A DNA stretch of 64,000 nt from Syntrophaceae bacterium UBA5744 (GCA_002419215.1 DIFQ01000059.1:2220-66219); one strand, 5' to 3'; counted from the stretch's first letter, positions 17,554-26,305 are shown. Numbers and translations are program-made. The notes: generated by a model not told the origin, from the letters alone.

Positions 17554-17725
17554 GAGAAAACCCCTCGGCGCTGAAGATTGCCCGTTGTTCCGGACCCGGA
17601 TTATAGCCCTGCCGGAACGGCATTTCACGCAAAAAAGCGCGGGAAGTCTCCGGCACGCATCTTGCTAGCACTTCGGATAGAGCTTCTTATCTTGACTATA
17701 ATACGTAAGCCTAAGGAGAGTCGCA

Positions 17726-17977
17726 ATGCAGAGGGGCTGTCTCACGAAGGACGACGTAGAGAGATTCGAAGGCGAACTGGGAAAGCTCATCGTGGTGAAG
17801 AAGGCCCTCGAGCTTGCCCTCATCAACCCCGCGATCCGGGACGATCAGAAAATGACTTACAGCAGGGCGCTCCTGCAGTGCGAACGGACGCAGAGGGAGT
17901 TTCGGCGCGCGCTGATCGCCATGAAGGTCGGACTGGCCCGCTGGGCCTCGAAGGGGCGGATCGTACAGGCGGCCTGA
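17726..17977 (+). CDS. hypothetical small helical protein (83 aa)
   Basis: Strong AAGGAG SD 8 nt upstream and a TATAAT box at 17697-17702. No family recognised. Confidence 0.6.
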   Translation: MQRGCLTKDDVERFEGELGKLIVVKKALELALINPAIRDDQKMTYSRALLQCERTQREFRRALIAMKVGLARWASKGRIVQAA

Positions 17978-18047
17978 AACCGTCCCGACGTCATTCGTCC
18001 CGGTTGCAGCCTGCCACTTCAAGGAAAATTCAGAATCTCCGCCTGTA

Positions 18048-18149
18048 AAGATCGGAAGAGCGGAAGCTCGGAAGAGCGGGCGGCAAATGGAATGAACGCG
18101 TCGGACCGTTTCTGATTATTCTCTCATCTGCCCTTCCTGACTTCCAGTC
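18048..18149 (-). repeat. diverged GAAGAG-hairpin element, copy E
   Basis: AAGATCGGAAGAGCGGAAGCTCGGAAGAGCGGG - spacer containing AATGGAATGAACG - CTCTCATCTGCCCTTCCTGACTTCCAGTC. Confidence 0.65.
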
Positions 18150-18211
18150 ATTACGTTTTCTGCCTTTTCTCTCCTCGCGGAGGCGGCATTGCCCGCCTGC
18201 CGGAGACGGGG

Positions 18212-18239
18212 TTGCAATCTGCCCGATTTGTGGTATCTT
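18212..18239 (+). promoter_or_regulatory. candidate sigma70 promoter of tatA
   Basis: TTGCAA (18212-18217), 16-nt spacer, TATCTT (18234-18239). Confidence 0.4.
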
Positions 18240-18271
18240 ATCCCCTCGTAAATTTTGGAGGTACGTGTTCC

Positions 18272-18454
18272 ATGCCCAATATCGGATTGCCCGAACTGCT
18301 TATCATCATTGTCATCGCGCTGGTATTCTTCGGCCCCGGCAAGCTCCCGGAAATGGGAAGCGCCGTGGGGAAGGCCATCCGCGGCTTCAAGAAATCCATG
18401 TCCGACCCCGACAGCAAGACGGACAAGGAACCGGAGAAGACAGAGAAGCCATGA
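18272..18454 (+). CDS. tatA: twin-arginine translocase subunit TatA/E
   Basis: MPNIGLPELLIIIVIALVFFGPGKLPEMG is a canonical TatA N terminus. GGAGG SD. Confidence 0.9.
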   Translation: MPNIGLPELLIIIVIALVFFGPGKLPEMGSAVGKAIRGFKKSMSDPDSKTDKEPEKTEKP

Positions 18455-19413
18455 CGATCTTTCGCCTCACCCGATCTTTTTTCAGCCGGATCCTGCATGT
18501 CGTCAATCATGAGCCTGCCCCGGGACATGAACCTGCATGCGGGCACTCGAAGCCCACCGGCCCCGACGACATCGCCGGCGGCCAGGCCGTTATCGAGGGG
18601 GTTATGATGCGCCACGGCAACCGGATTGCCGTGGCCGTGCGCACACCCGCCAAGGACATCATCGTCAAGGAACAGGACTACGTCCCCTTCACGAAGCGCT
18701 ACCCCGTGCTGGGCATCCGCATCGTCCGCGGCGCCGTGACGCTCGTGGAGATGATGGTCCTCGGCATCAAGACTCTCCTTTACTCCGCCGAGGTCGCCAT
18801 GCCGGAAGGGGAGAAAAAACCGCAGGGCTGGGAGATCGCGCTTTCGCTCTGCCTGAGCTTCGGAATGGCGCTGACCCTCTTCGTCCTGATCCCGGCCTAC
18901 TGCTTCGCATTCCTGCGGGACTTCATCGAAAACACGATCCTGCTCAACATCGTCGAAGGCATGATCCGGCTCGGGATCTTCCTGGCCTTCCTGACCACGA
19001 CCCTGCTCATGGCGGACATGCGGCGCGTCTTCATGTACCACGGGGCCGAGCACAAGACCGTTTTCGCCTGGGAGCACGGGCAGGATCTCACTATCGAGAA
19101 CATCAAGCACTTCTCGACGCGTCACCCCCGATGCGGCACGAGCTTCATCCTGGTGGTGTTCGTGATTTCGATCCTGGTCTTCTCGCTGCTGGGGCGTCCC
19201 GATTTCCTGATGCGGGTCGCCTACAAGCTCTCTCTCTTCCCCATCATCGCGGGGATTTCCTACGAGATCATCCGGTTCAGCGGGAAGCACAAGGATAAAG
19301 GCTGGGTGCAGATGATCAGCTGGCCGGGGCTTCTGCTGCAGAAAATCACGACGCGCGAGCCCACCGACGACCAGATCGAGGTGGCGGTGGCGGCGATGAA
19401 GAAAGTGATATGA
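18451..19413 (+). CDS. DUF1385-domain membrane protein (YqhQ-like)
   Basis: ATG overlaps the tatA stop (ATGA). Motifs GGQAVIEGVMMR, HGAEHK, HPRCGTSF are characteristic of DUF1385. Confidence 0.85.
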   Translation: MTIFRLTRSFFSRILHVVNHEPAPGHEPACGHSKPTGPDDIAGGQAVIEGVMMRHGNRIAVAVRTPAKDIIVKEQDYVPFTKRYPVLGIRIVRGAVTLVEMMVLGIKTLLYSAEVAMPEGEKKPQGWEIALSLCLSFGMALTLFVLIPAYCFAFLRDFIENTILLNIVEGMIRLGIFLAFLTTTLLMADMRRVFMYHGAEHKTVFAWEHGQDLTIENIKHFSTRHPRCGTSFILVVFVISILVFSLLGRPDFLMRVAYKLSLFPIIAGISYEIIRFSGKHKDKGWVQMISWPGLLLQKITTREPTDDQIEVAVAAMKKVI

Positions 19414-19415
19414 GA

Positions 19416-19499
19416 AGTGCCTGAGTGTCTAAGTGTCTGAGTGCAAAAGAAGATTTCATCCTTCACTGAAGCACTTATCCACTTCTTCACTTAGACACT
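19416..19499. repeat. array hairpin (GAGTGYCT units) between convergent genes
   Basis: AGTGCCTGAGTGTCTAAGTGTCTGAGTGC - AAAAGAAGATTTCATCCTTCACTGAA - GCACTTATCCACTTCTTCACTTAGACACT. Confidence 0.85.
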
Positions 19500-19521
19500 A
19501 TTTTGGGTGCCTGGCAGGATG

Positions 19522-20121
19522 CTACTTCGAGCGAATCTCCACGGTGCCCGTTTTCTCGGGATGCCTGCCGGTGACCGTGGCGTAGAAGCCGAGGATTTCT
19601 GCCATGTCGGCCTCGAAATCGCCGGTGGGATGCAGGATGGGCCCGAGCCCCCCTTCCTTGCGGGCATAGTCCAGGAAGGCCAGCACCAGGGGCACGCCGG
19701 CCCCGCAGGCGATGTGATAGAACCCCGTCTTCCAGCGGGTGACTTTCTTCCGGGTCCCCTCGGGCGCGATCAGCAGCACCAGTTCCGCCCGTCTTTTCAG
19801 CTCTTCGACCATCTGGGTCACCACGTCCGTCGACTTCGTCCGGTCGATGGGGATCGCCCCCAGCCATCTCATGACCCCCCGGAAGGGCCATCGGAAAGCG
19901 GTGTGCTTGACGAGCCAGTGCGCCTTGAACCGGAAGGCGAACGCCATGGCAAGCGCGATCGGCGCATCCCAGTTGGAGGTGTGGGGGGCCGCGATCATGA
20001 CGCAGCGGGGAATATCGGCCAGGCTGCCGACCCTTCGCCACCCGATGATTTTCAGATAAAATTTCGACAGCCCGCACAGCAGGCCGCCCCAGAAAGGACT
20101 CTCGAACACGGTTCCGGCCAT
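19522..20121 (-). CDS. lysophospholipid (1-acyl-glycerol-3-phosphate-type) acyltransferase family protein
   Basis: HxxxxD-type block (APHTSNWD) and PEGTR block. GAGGGA SD before ATG 20121. Confidence 0.8.
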   Translation of the reverse strand: MAGTVFESPFWGGLLCGLSKFYLKIIGWRRVGSLADIPRCVMIAAPHTSNWDAPIALAMAFAFRFKAHWLVKHTAFRWPFRGVMRWLGAIPIDRTKSTDVVTQMVEELKRRAELVLLIAPEGTRKKVTRWKTGFYHIACGAGVPLVLAFLDYARKEGGLGPILHPTGDFEADMAEILGFYATVTGRHPEKTGTVEIRSK

Positions 20122-20324
20122 GGATATCCCTCGCGCCATCCTTAAGGAAGAAAAACCAAAGTAGCCACTAATAACGGAAATGCCCATTTGTCAAGGGCGA
20201 TTCCGCAAGCGATTTTCGCACGTCCGATTTGGCTTGAAAGCGACGGGTTTTTGTGCAAGGGTGTGCCCCGTCAATGGTGTCCATCCGACCCGTCAGGGCC
20301 GAATCGGGAACCGGGGAGGAACCA

Positions 20325-22163
20325 ATGAGCGACACACACCTGGCCCGCATGGTCCACAACCGCGCCGCCCGTTACGGGGGCAAGACCGCCCTTCGATACA
20401 AATCAGGCGATCACTGGCACGACCTGTCCTACCACCACCTCGGGGAGCTCATCCGCACTGCCGCAAAGGCCCTCCTGGAACTTGGCGTCCGGAAGGGCGA
20501 GATGGTGGGCATCTACTCGGGAAACCGCCCCGAGTGGACCATCTCCGACTTTGCGATCCTGAGCACAGGCGCCGTCTCCGTGCCCATCTACGCCACCAGC
20601 ACGGCCGGACAGGCCGGCTACATCGTCCACGACGCGGATATCCGGGTCGTGTTCGCGGGAAACCAAACCCAGTACGACCGCATCACCGGCATTCCGAAGC
20701 AATCATCGCCCCCGGCGGCGATCATCGTGTTCGACGAAGAGGTGGATCTCCGGGGAAACACGAGGGGAATCTCCTGGCGGGAATTCCTGGAAAAAGGACG
20801 GGCATCGGCGCGGGATGCCGAACTCGACGAAAGGCTTCAGAGCGCATCCACGGACGATGTAGCCACGCTCATCTACACCTCGGGCACGACCGGGGAGCCC
20901 AAGGGGGTCATGCTCCACCACTCGAATTTTCACCACTCCTTCATCGCCCACGACAGGCGCCTCAACGTGAGCGACCGGGACGTGTCGCTTTGCTTCCTGC
21001 CCCTGGCGCATGTCTACGAGCGGGCCTGGAGCTACTACGTGACCGGCCACGGCATGACGAATGCCTACGTGGATGACATGTCGAAAGTGATCGATTACCT
21101 CCGGCAGATCAAGCCCACGATCATGTGCGCCGTGCCCCGTTTCTACGAAAAGATCTACATGTCCGTCTTCGAAAAGCTCGACGCCGACGAACCCTGGCGC
21201 AAGAAACTCTTTCTCTGGGCCCTCGGCGTGGGAGAGGCGGTCTATCTGCGCAGGAAGGAAAAACAGATCCTGACTCCCGCGCTGTGGCTCCAGTGGCTCG
21301 CGGCCGAGGCCCTCGTCCTGAGAAAGCTGCAGGGAATCGTGGGGGGGAGGATCCGGTTTTTGCCCTGCGCCGGGGCGCCGCTGGCCAGGAAGATCGAGGA
21401 GTTCTTCCACTCGGCCGGCATCCACATCACCTACGGCTACGGCCTCACGGAGACGACGGCCACCGTCACCTGCCACGAGGACTATCACTTCAGGCCGGGT
21501 ACGGTGGGAAAGCCCATCGACGGGGTGGAGGTGAAGATCGCGCCCAGCGGCGAGATCCTCGTCCGGGGCGAAACGGTCATGTCGGGCTATTACCGGAAAC
21601 CGGAGGCAACGGCCGAGGCCTTCGAGGACGGCTGGCTCAAGACGGGCGACGTGGGCGTGATGGAGGACGGGTACCTGACGATCACGGACCGCATCAAGGA
21701 GCTCATGAAGACCTCCGGCGGCAAGTACATCGCCCCCCAGTATGTCGAATCGACACTGGCCGGCGACCCCTACATCGAGCAGCTCATCGTCATTGCCGAC
21801 GGGCGCCCTTACGCAACGGCACTCATCGTCCCTGCCTTCGATGCGCTGGAAGCCTACGCGAAGACCTGGAACATCGCAACCTCATCCCGCGAGGAGCTGG
21901 TGAGGGACCCGATCCTCGTGCGCTTTTTCGAGGGGCGGATCGAAGCCCGCCAGAAGGACCTGGCGGGGTACGAGAAGGTGAAGCGAATCGCACTGCTGCC
22001 CCGGCCCTTCAGCCAGGAGGCAGGCGAGATTACACCGACCCTGAAGGTCAGGCGACGAGTCATTATCGAGAAATATCACGACCTGATCGACGCGATGTAC
22101 GCAAGGGAAAAGGAAGCCTCCACCCCGGCACCCGAATCGGACCTGTCCTTCTCGGCACCATGA
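20325..22163 (+). CDS. long-chain fatty acid--CoA ligase (AMP-forming)
   Basis: AMP-binding signature LIYTSGTTGEPKGVML; GYGLTET; GWLKTGDVG; GGKYIAP. Confidence 0.9.
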   Translation: MSDTHLARMVHNRAARYGGKTALRYKSGDHWHDLSYHHLGELIRTAAKALLELGVRKGEMVGIYSGNRPEWTISDFAILSTGAVSVPIYATSTAGQAGYIVHDADIRVVFAGNQTQYDRITGIPKQSSPPAAIIVFDEEVDLRGNTRGISWREFLEKGRASARDAELDERLQSASTDDVATLIYTSGTTGEPKGVMLHHSNFHHSFIAHDRRLNVSDRDVSLCFLPLAHVYERAWSYYVTGHGMTNAYVDDMSKVIDYLRQIKPTIMCAVPRFYEKIYMSVFEKLDADEPWRKKLFLWALGVGEAVYLRRKEKQILTPALWLQWLAAEALVLRKLQGIVGGRIRFLPCAGAPLARKIEEFFHSAGIHITYGYGLTETTATVTCHEDYHFRPGTVGKPIDGVEVKIAPSGEILVRGETVMSGYYRKPEATAEAFEDGWLKTGDVGVMEDGYLTITDRIKELMKTSGGKYIAPQYVESTLAGDPYIEQLIVIADGRPYATALIVPAFDALEAYAKTWNIATSSREELVRDPILVRFFEGRIEARQKDLAGYEKVKRIALLPRPFSQEAGEITPTLKVRRRVIIEKYHDLIDAMYAREKEASTPAPESDLSFSAP

Positions 22164-22284
22164 GCGTTCATCGAGCCGCAGACAAGAAAAATCCCCCTTT
22201 GCCGCCCGGATCCGCTTCGCGGGGTGGCCCGGCAAGGAGAGAACCAGGCATGGTTGCGCACCCTGACGGGATGAGCCCCCGGTC

Positions 22285-22321
22285 ATCCCCCCTTTTACAA
22301 AGGGGGACAGAGGGGGATTTC
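22285..22321. repeat. inverted copy of the CCCCCTTT..AAAGGGGG motif
   Basis: Its reverse complement AAATCCCCCTCTGTCCCCCTTTGTAAAAGGGGGGAT matches 10751-10787 closely. Confidence 0.75.
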
Positions 22322-22333
22322 TGCTTCTTCCTT

Positions 22334-22364
22334 CCCTAACCCCGAGACCCTACACCCGATACCC
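22334..22364. repeat. heptamer array (CCCNANA type)
   Basis: CCCTAAC CCCGAGA CCCTACA CCCGATA CCC, ending 9 nt before the stop of the minus-strand membrane protein gene. Confidence 0.85.
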
Positions 22365-22372
22365 TTCTTTTC

Positions 22373-23641
22373 TCATTCCCCAATCGCCTTCCGGGTGAGC
22401 GCAAACAGGTAGGTCACCTCCGCCTCGTCGAGCCCGGCCGCGAACTCGACGACGGCCTTGTCGCTGCGGGCGGTAATGCCCCTGGATCCCGCCATTTTCA
22501 TCAGTGAAAGGAGAAAACGGGGCACGGGCCGCCCGTCGGGCATCCGGGGGGTCTCCGTGTCGCCCAGGGGGACCTTCTTTACCCCGGGCACCTCGATCGT
22601 GTCCATGACGGATCGGATCGTGGGCGCCACGAGGTCCTCCAGCTCGTCGACGGGAATCTCCGCCGCGGTTCGCCTGCCCTGCTTCAGCGCCTCCACGCGC
22701 AGGAAGGCCTTCGTGACGGTGACGCGCTCGAACTGGTTTTTCAGGCGAAGCAAATTCAGGAGCGCCGAGACGACGGGAGCCGCGATGAAAATAAGGCCGG
22801 TCAACCCCAGAAAGACATAGCGAATGAAGTCGGGCATCGGAAGCGTGAGCAGCGCGGGCAGGAAAAACCACGCAACGGCCCCTGCGAAGGCGACGGGGAA
22901 AAGCACGGGGAGGTAATGACGGGCGCTCAGCGACGGCCCGGGGATGTGGAAGACAACTCCATCGCCAGTTCGTTCCACCCGCGTGCGCATCCCGGGGGGC
23001 TCGGGCGGCACGGGGGCCGCGCCCTCCTGCGTCCTGCGCACACGGTCGCGCCAGGACTCGTCGAGGTGTTCGGGGTCGCGGGTCACCCGCTCGCCCGTGG
23101 ACGAATCCACCAGCGGTTTTCGCAGGAACCGCGCAAGCTCCTCGGCCACCTGCCTCGCCTCGGCGAAGTCCACCGGTTGCGCGATGGTGATCGGCTTCGG
23201 GATCCCCTCGCCGGAGAGCTTCACGGGCCAGGTGTCGGCCGAGTCTTTGTCGCCGCGGGAAAAGTCCATCTCCACCTGCCGGATTGCATCCAGCAGGTGC
23301 TCCACGCGCTTCATCGGCACGAGAAGCCCCCACCACTGAACGATCCGCCCCCGCCCCCGGTCGAGGATGATCCCGCTGCGCCCGAAGACGAGAGCGGACC
23401 CGACGGCGGCGAACACGGAGCCGAACAGGACGATGAAAGTGGAAAAGAGGGGCCCCTCGGGGCGGTCCTCGACGGGGATGAGCCCGAGGGGAATCTGCAT
23501 GATGAAGAGTCCCGCCAGCAGGAAGGGGAGCCCGAAGACCGAGATGCAGCCGCCCCCGCTGCGAAGCTCGAGGGTACCCGCATCCCTGTAGAAAAAGGGG
23601 CTCTTGCCGCTCCCCGCGGCCGCCTGCTTGAATAAACGCAT
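22373..23641 (-). CDS. hypothetical membrane protein with duplicated 2-TM + beta-rich (bPH-like?) modules
   Basis: 422-aa ORF with GAGGGGG SD. Two TM hairpins, each followed by a soluble segment. No family confidently recognised. Confidence 0.7.
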   Translation of the reverse strand: MRLFKQAAAGSGKSPFFYRDAGTLELRSGGGCISVFGLPFLLAGLFIMQIPLGLIPVEDRPEGPLFSTFIVLFGSVFAAVGSALVFGRSGIILDRGRGRIVQWWGLLVPMKRVEHLLDAIRQVEMDFSRGDKDSADTWPVKLSGEGIPKPITIAQPVDFAEARQVAEELARFLRKPLVDSSTGERVTRDPEHLDESWRDRVRRTQEGAAPVPPEPPGMRTRVERTGDGVVFHIPGPSLSARHYLPVLFPVAFAGAVAWFFLPALLTLPMPDFIRYVFLGLTGLIFIAAPVVSALLNLLRLKNQFERVTVTKAFLRVEALKQGRRTAAEIPVDELEDLVAPTIRSVMDTIEVPGVKKVPLGDTETPRMPDGRPVPRFLLSLMKMAGSRGITARSDKAVVEFAAGLDEAEVTYLFALTRKAIGE

Positions 23642-23694
23642 CGATCGGCCCCCTCAGGTCAAGGGCGACGCGGGCCGACGCGGCCCGCAGGAAA

Positions 23695-24186
23695 TCAGTA
23701 CGCCTTGCCGACCATGGCCTGTACAAACTCCGCGGCTTCCTTCAGATCCGCCGCATCGGGGTTGCCGTCGGCCCCCCGGGCCTCCTCGGCCCAGACCTTG
23801 TGCTCGGGTTTCTTCATGAGGGCATCGATGACCTTCGGGTCCACCTTTCCCCGGCAGCCGAACTGCCCCAGGACCTTCAGGTTGGCGGCAAGACTCGCCG
23901 CGCTCTCGAAGGCCTGTCTCGGGAGCTGGCCGCCGCGCAGGGACCCGTGGGTTGCAAAGAAGGCCACTTTCTGGCCCTTGGGAAGCGTCTTGATGAATTC
24001 CGCCATCTTTCCCGGAACACTGTGCGCCTGGACGGGGAACCCGCAGAATACGAGATCGTACCCGGCCAATGCCTTGACCTCCGACACGGGCAGAATCTCT
24101 TTCTGCACGTTTACTGCTTCGTAAACGGCCTTGGCGACCTTTCCCGTGTTCCCCGTCTGCGTGTAGTACGTAACGAGAACCTTCAT
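23695..24186 (-). CDS. flavodoxin family protein
   Basis: MKVLVTYYTQTGNTGKVA is an FMN-binding loop. About 160 aa. GAAGGGGG SD. Confidence 0.85.
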   Translation of the reverse strand: MKVLVTYYTQTGNTGKVAKAVYEAVNVQKEILPVSEVKALAGYDLVFCGFPVQAHSVPGKMAEFIKTLPKGQKVAFFATHGSLRGGQLPRQAFESAASLAANLKVLGQFGCRGKVDPKVIDALMKKPEHKVWAEEARGADGNPDAADLKEAAEFVQAMVGKAY

Positions 24187-24401
24187 GCCCACCCCCTTCT
24201 CTTTCGTGGAGCCGATGATGAATCCGGGATGCGGAGGCCGCACCCCGCGCCGCCGATTTCTTATCGTTGATCCCCACATTCTGTCAACGAAAAATCAACC
24301 CATCAACCGCCGCGAGGCCCTTCTCTACCCAACCCCGACCAGCCCTTTCGCGCCGACACCATTGCTGCATGGGGAATTTTTCAGTACCTTTTATTTTTTT
24401 C

Positions 24402-24429
24402 TTGACAAATAGAACGATCGTTCTATAAA
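24402..24429 (+). promoter_or_regulatory. lexA promoter with embedded LexA box
   Basis: TTGACA (24402-24407), 16-nt spacer, TATAAA (24424-24429). The perfect 18-bp palindrome ATAGAACGATCGTTCTAT (24409-24426) contains GAAC-N4-GTTC. Confidence 0.75.
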
Positions 24430-24441
24430 CTGCAGGCACAA

Positions 24442-24508
24442 GGTCCGAGGAGCGAGGACCGAGGCAACAAACAAAAAACCTCGAGCCTCGTACCCCGATC
24501 CTCGATCC
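24442..24508. repeat. heptamer-array hairpin (GNNCGAG / CCTCGNN) in the lexA 5' leader
   Basis: GGTCCGAGGAGCGAGGACCGAGG - CAACAAACAAAAAA - CCTCGAGCCTCGTACCCCGATCCTCGATCC. Confidence 0.8.
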
Positions 24509-24527
24509 TGCGAATGGAAACGAGCAC

Positions 24528-25115
24528 ATGAGAGGAAACAGGACCATCAAGAGCGTTGAGAAGGACCTGGCCGGCTTCTACCGGAACCAGAGGCGAATGC
24601 CCACCTACTCGGAGATGCTGACCCTCCTGGGGGTTCGTTCCAAGGCCGTTGTCCACTTCTGGGTGCGGAAGTTGCTGGCCGAGGGGGTCCTGGAAAAGGA
24701 TACCCGGGGATTCCTGCACCCCTCGCGCAGGGCTTTCGGGCTGCCCATGGTGGGGGATGTGGCCGCGGGGTTCCCCTCCCCTGCCGAGGAAGAACTCCGG
24801 GACGTCATCTCCTTCGACGAGTACCTCATCACGAAGCCCGGCACATCTTTTCTGCTGCGTGTGTCGGGGGACTCCATGATCGACGAGGGGATCCACCCGG
24901 GCGATCTGGTCGTTATCGAAAAAGGCCGCGAGCCGAAATCAGGCGACATCGTGATCGCCGAGGTCGACGGCGAGTGGACACTGAAATTCTTCCGGAACAA
25001 GGGAAAGGACGTATTCCTGGAGGCAGCCAATCCGAAGTACCCGCCCATCCGCGCCCGGTCCGAGCTGCGGGTCGGGGGCGTAGTGAGCGCGGTCATCCGC
25101 AAATACCCGGGCTGA
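24528..25115 (+). CDS. lexA: LexA repressor (S24 peptidase)
   Basis: N-terminal wHTH. Cleavage region (VAAGFPSPAEE), catalytic SGDSM and a downstream Lys (EWTLKFF). A palindromic box lies in its own promoter. Confidence 0.9.
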   Translation: MRGNRTIKSVEKDLAGFYRNQRRMPTYSEMLTLLGVRSKAVVHFWVRKLLAEGVLEKDTRGFLHPSRRAFGLPMVGDVAAGFPSPAEEELRDVISFDEYLITKPGTSFLLRVSGDSMIDEGIHPGDLVVIEKGREPKSGDIVIAEVDGEWTLKFFRNKGKDVFLEAANPKYPPIRARSELRVGGVVSAVIRKYPG

Positions 25116-25179
25116 CGGTCTCCCCGATGTCCGGACCGGCAGCACCCTGACAAGAAAAACACTTCAAAAGGAGTCCGTG

Positions 25180-25416
25180 ATGAATACGACGGTTATCGAT
25201 CATTTAAGCGGCGCTGAAGACTTCAGAGGGCTTCGTGTCAGGAAGGCCTCCCGCCGGGTATCCCCAATCCGCCGCTTCAGGAGCTTCATCGAATTGAGCG
25301 ACTGGGACGATGCCATTCTGAGGCACGGCAGAGAAATCGACGCCTTCTGCTGGATGCTCGCCGTCGGAACGGCCATACTGCTCATTCCGGTGTCGTTCCT
25401 CGTGATGAAGGGCTGA
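25180..25416 (+). CDS. hypothetical small membrane protein (78 aa) downstream of lexA
   Basis: AAAGGAG SD 6 nt before the ATG. Single C-terminal TM (AFCWMLAVGTAILLIPVSFLVM). Confidence 0.55.
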   Translation: MNTTVIDHLSGAEDFRGLRVRKASRRVSPIRRFRSFIELSDWDDAILRHGREIDAFCWMLAVGTAILLIPVSFLVMKG

Positions 25417-25436
25417 CAACCTGTTGGCCGGCGGCA

Positions 25437-25593
25437 CATCCCGATGAATGCCTAACATTCGTCTTCAAGCATCAAGGCTGTGAAGATCGGAAGAGCAGAA
25501 GTGAGGAAGAGCGGATAAGAGAAGAAATAATACCAACCACTCCGATCTTCCGCTCTTCATAACTTCCTCACTTCGCAATCTTATCCGGGGGCC
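25437..25593 (-). repeat. 157-bp GAAGAG-hairpin element, copy A (MITE/REP-like)
   Basis: Its reverse complement is identical to 44032-44188 at 155 of 157 positions (aligned by hand). Internal inverted arms GAAGATCGGAAGAGCAGAAGTGAGGAAGAGCGG / CCGATCTTCCGCTCTTCATAACTTCCTCACTTC. Confidence 0.9.
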
Positions 25594-25683
25594 TTGCATC
25601 CGGCCGCATTTGAACAGCCTGGCATGGATAATACCGTCTGCGGCTTGCGAAGCTTCCTTGCCCGATTCCCCTCAGGAGAGCTC

Positions 25684-25727
25684 TTGACATATATGCATAA
25701 TATATGCATATATATGCATATCATAAT
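25684..25727 (+). promoter_or_regulatory. vapBC promoter/operator
   Basis: TTGACA (25684-25689), then three copies of the palindromic decamer TATATGCATA (25690, 25701, 25711) and CATAAT (25722-25727). SD GAGGGG precedes ATG 25741. Confidence 0.7.
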
Positions 25728-25740
25728 CTGAGGGGATCCA

Positions 25741-25932
25741 ATGAGGACTACACTGAATATCGAGGACAGCCTGATCGACAAGGCATCCAGGATGACCGGT
25801 ATCAAAGAGAAAACCAAATTGGTCAAACTGGGACTGGAGGCCTTGATCGCGAGAGAAAGCGGAAAGAGGCTGGCACAGCTGGGGGGGACAGAGAAACAGC
25901 TCAAGCCGATACCCAGAAGAGGCAATCCGTAA
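25741..25932 (+). CDS. vapB: type II antitoxin, VapB family (DUF2191-like)
   Basis: MRTTLNIEDSLIDKA N terminus. 63 aa. Its stop lies 1 nt before the PIN toxin start. Palindromic operator repeats lie upstream. Confidence 0.8.
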   Translation: MRTTLNIEDSLIDKASRMTGIKEKTKLVKLGLEALIARESGKRLAQLGGTEKQLKPIPRRGNP

Positions 25933-25933
25933 C

Positions 25934-26305
25934 ATGGTTCTGGTAGACACATCCGTATGGGTAGCGCATTTGCGGCAGGGGCACACCGGTCTTGCAAGTC
26001 TGCTTAATGATGGAGAAGTTGCCTGCCACCCCTTTGTTGTCGGCGAGCTTGCCTGTGGAAATCTGAAAAACAGGGCTGTCATCCTGTCACTTTTGGAAGC
26101 CCTCCCGATGGAGGCTGCAGTGGAGCACGAAGAAGTGCTCGCGTTCATTGAGAGCCACGATCTCATGGGGAAGGGGTTGGGCTACGTGGATGTTCACCTC
26201 CTTGCGTCTGCCGTGCTGTCCCGGCTTCTCCTCTGGACGCTCGACAGGAAACTCCAACAGGTTGCCGATGTGCTGCATGTTCGTTATCTGAATGATATCG
26301 TGTAA
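25934..26305 (+). CDS. vapC: type II toxin, VapC (PIN-domain ribonuclease)
   Basis: MVLVDTSVWV (first acidic residue), later E and D residues (VVGELACG, GYVDVHLL). 123 aa. Confidence 0.85.
   Translation: MVLVDTSVWVAHLRQGHTGLASLLNDGEVACHPFVVGELACGNLKNRAVILSLLEALPMEAAVEHEEVLAFIESHDLMGKGLGYVDVHLLASAVLSRLLLWTLDRKLQQVADVLHVRYLNDIV

Noticed and set aside
25484-25496. AGATCGGAAGAGC, identical to the first 13 nt of the Illumina TruSeq adapter. It also occurs at 18049-18061, with near matches at 1985 and 44080. This raised the possibility of adapter contamination or a chimeric assembly.
   Set aside because: The sequence after the 13-mer (AGAAGTGAGG.., GGAAGCTCGG..) does not continue as the adapter (CACACGTCTG..). 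The motif is one arm of a hairpin whose complementary arm is present. Diverged copies occur at several loci within normal gene context. I treat it as a coincidental match within a GAAGAG-rich repeat family.
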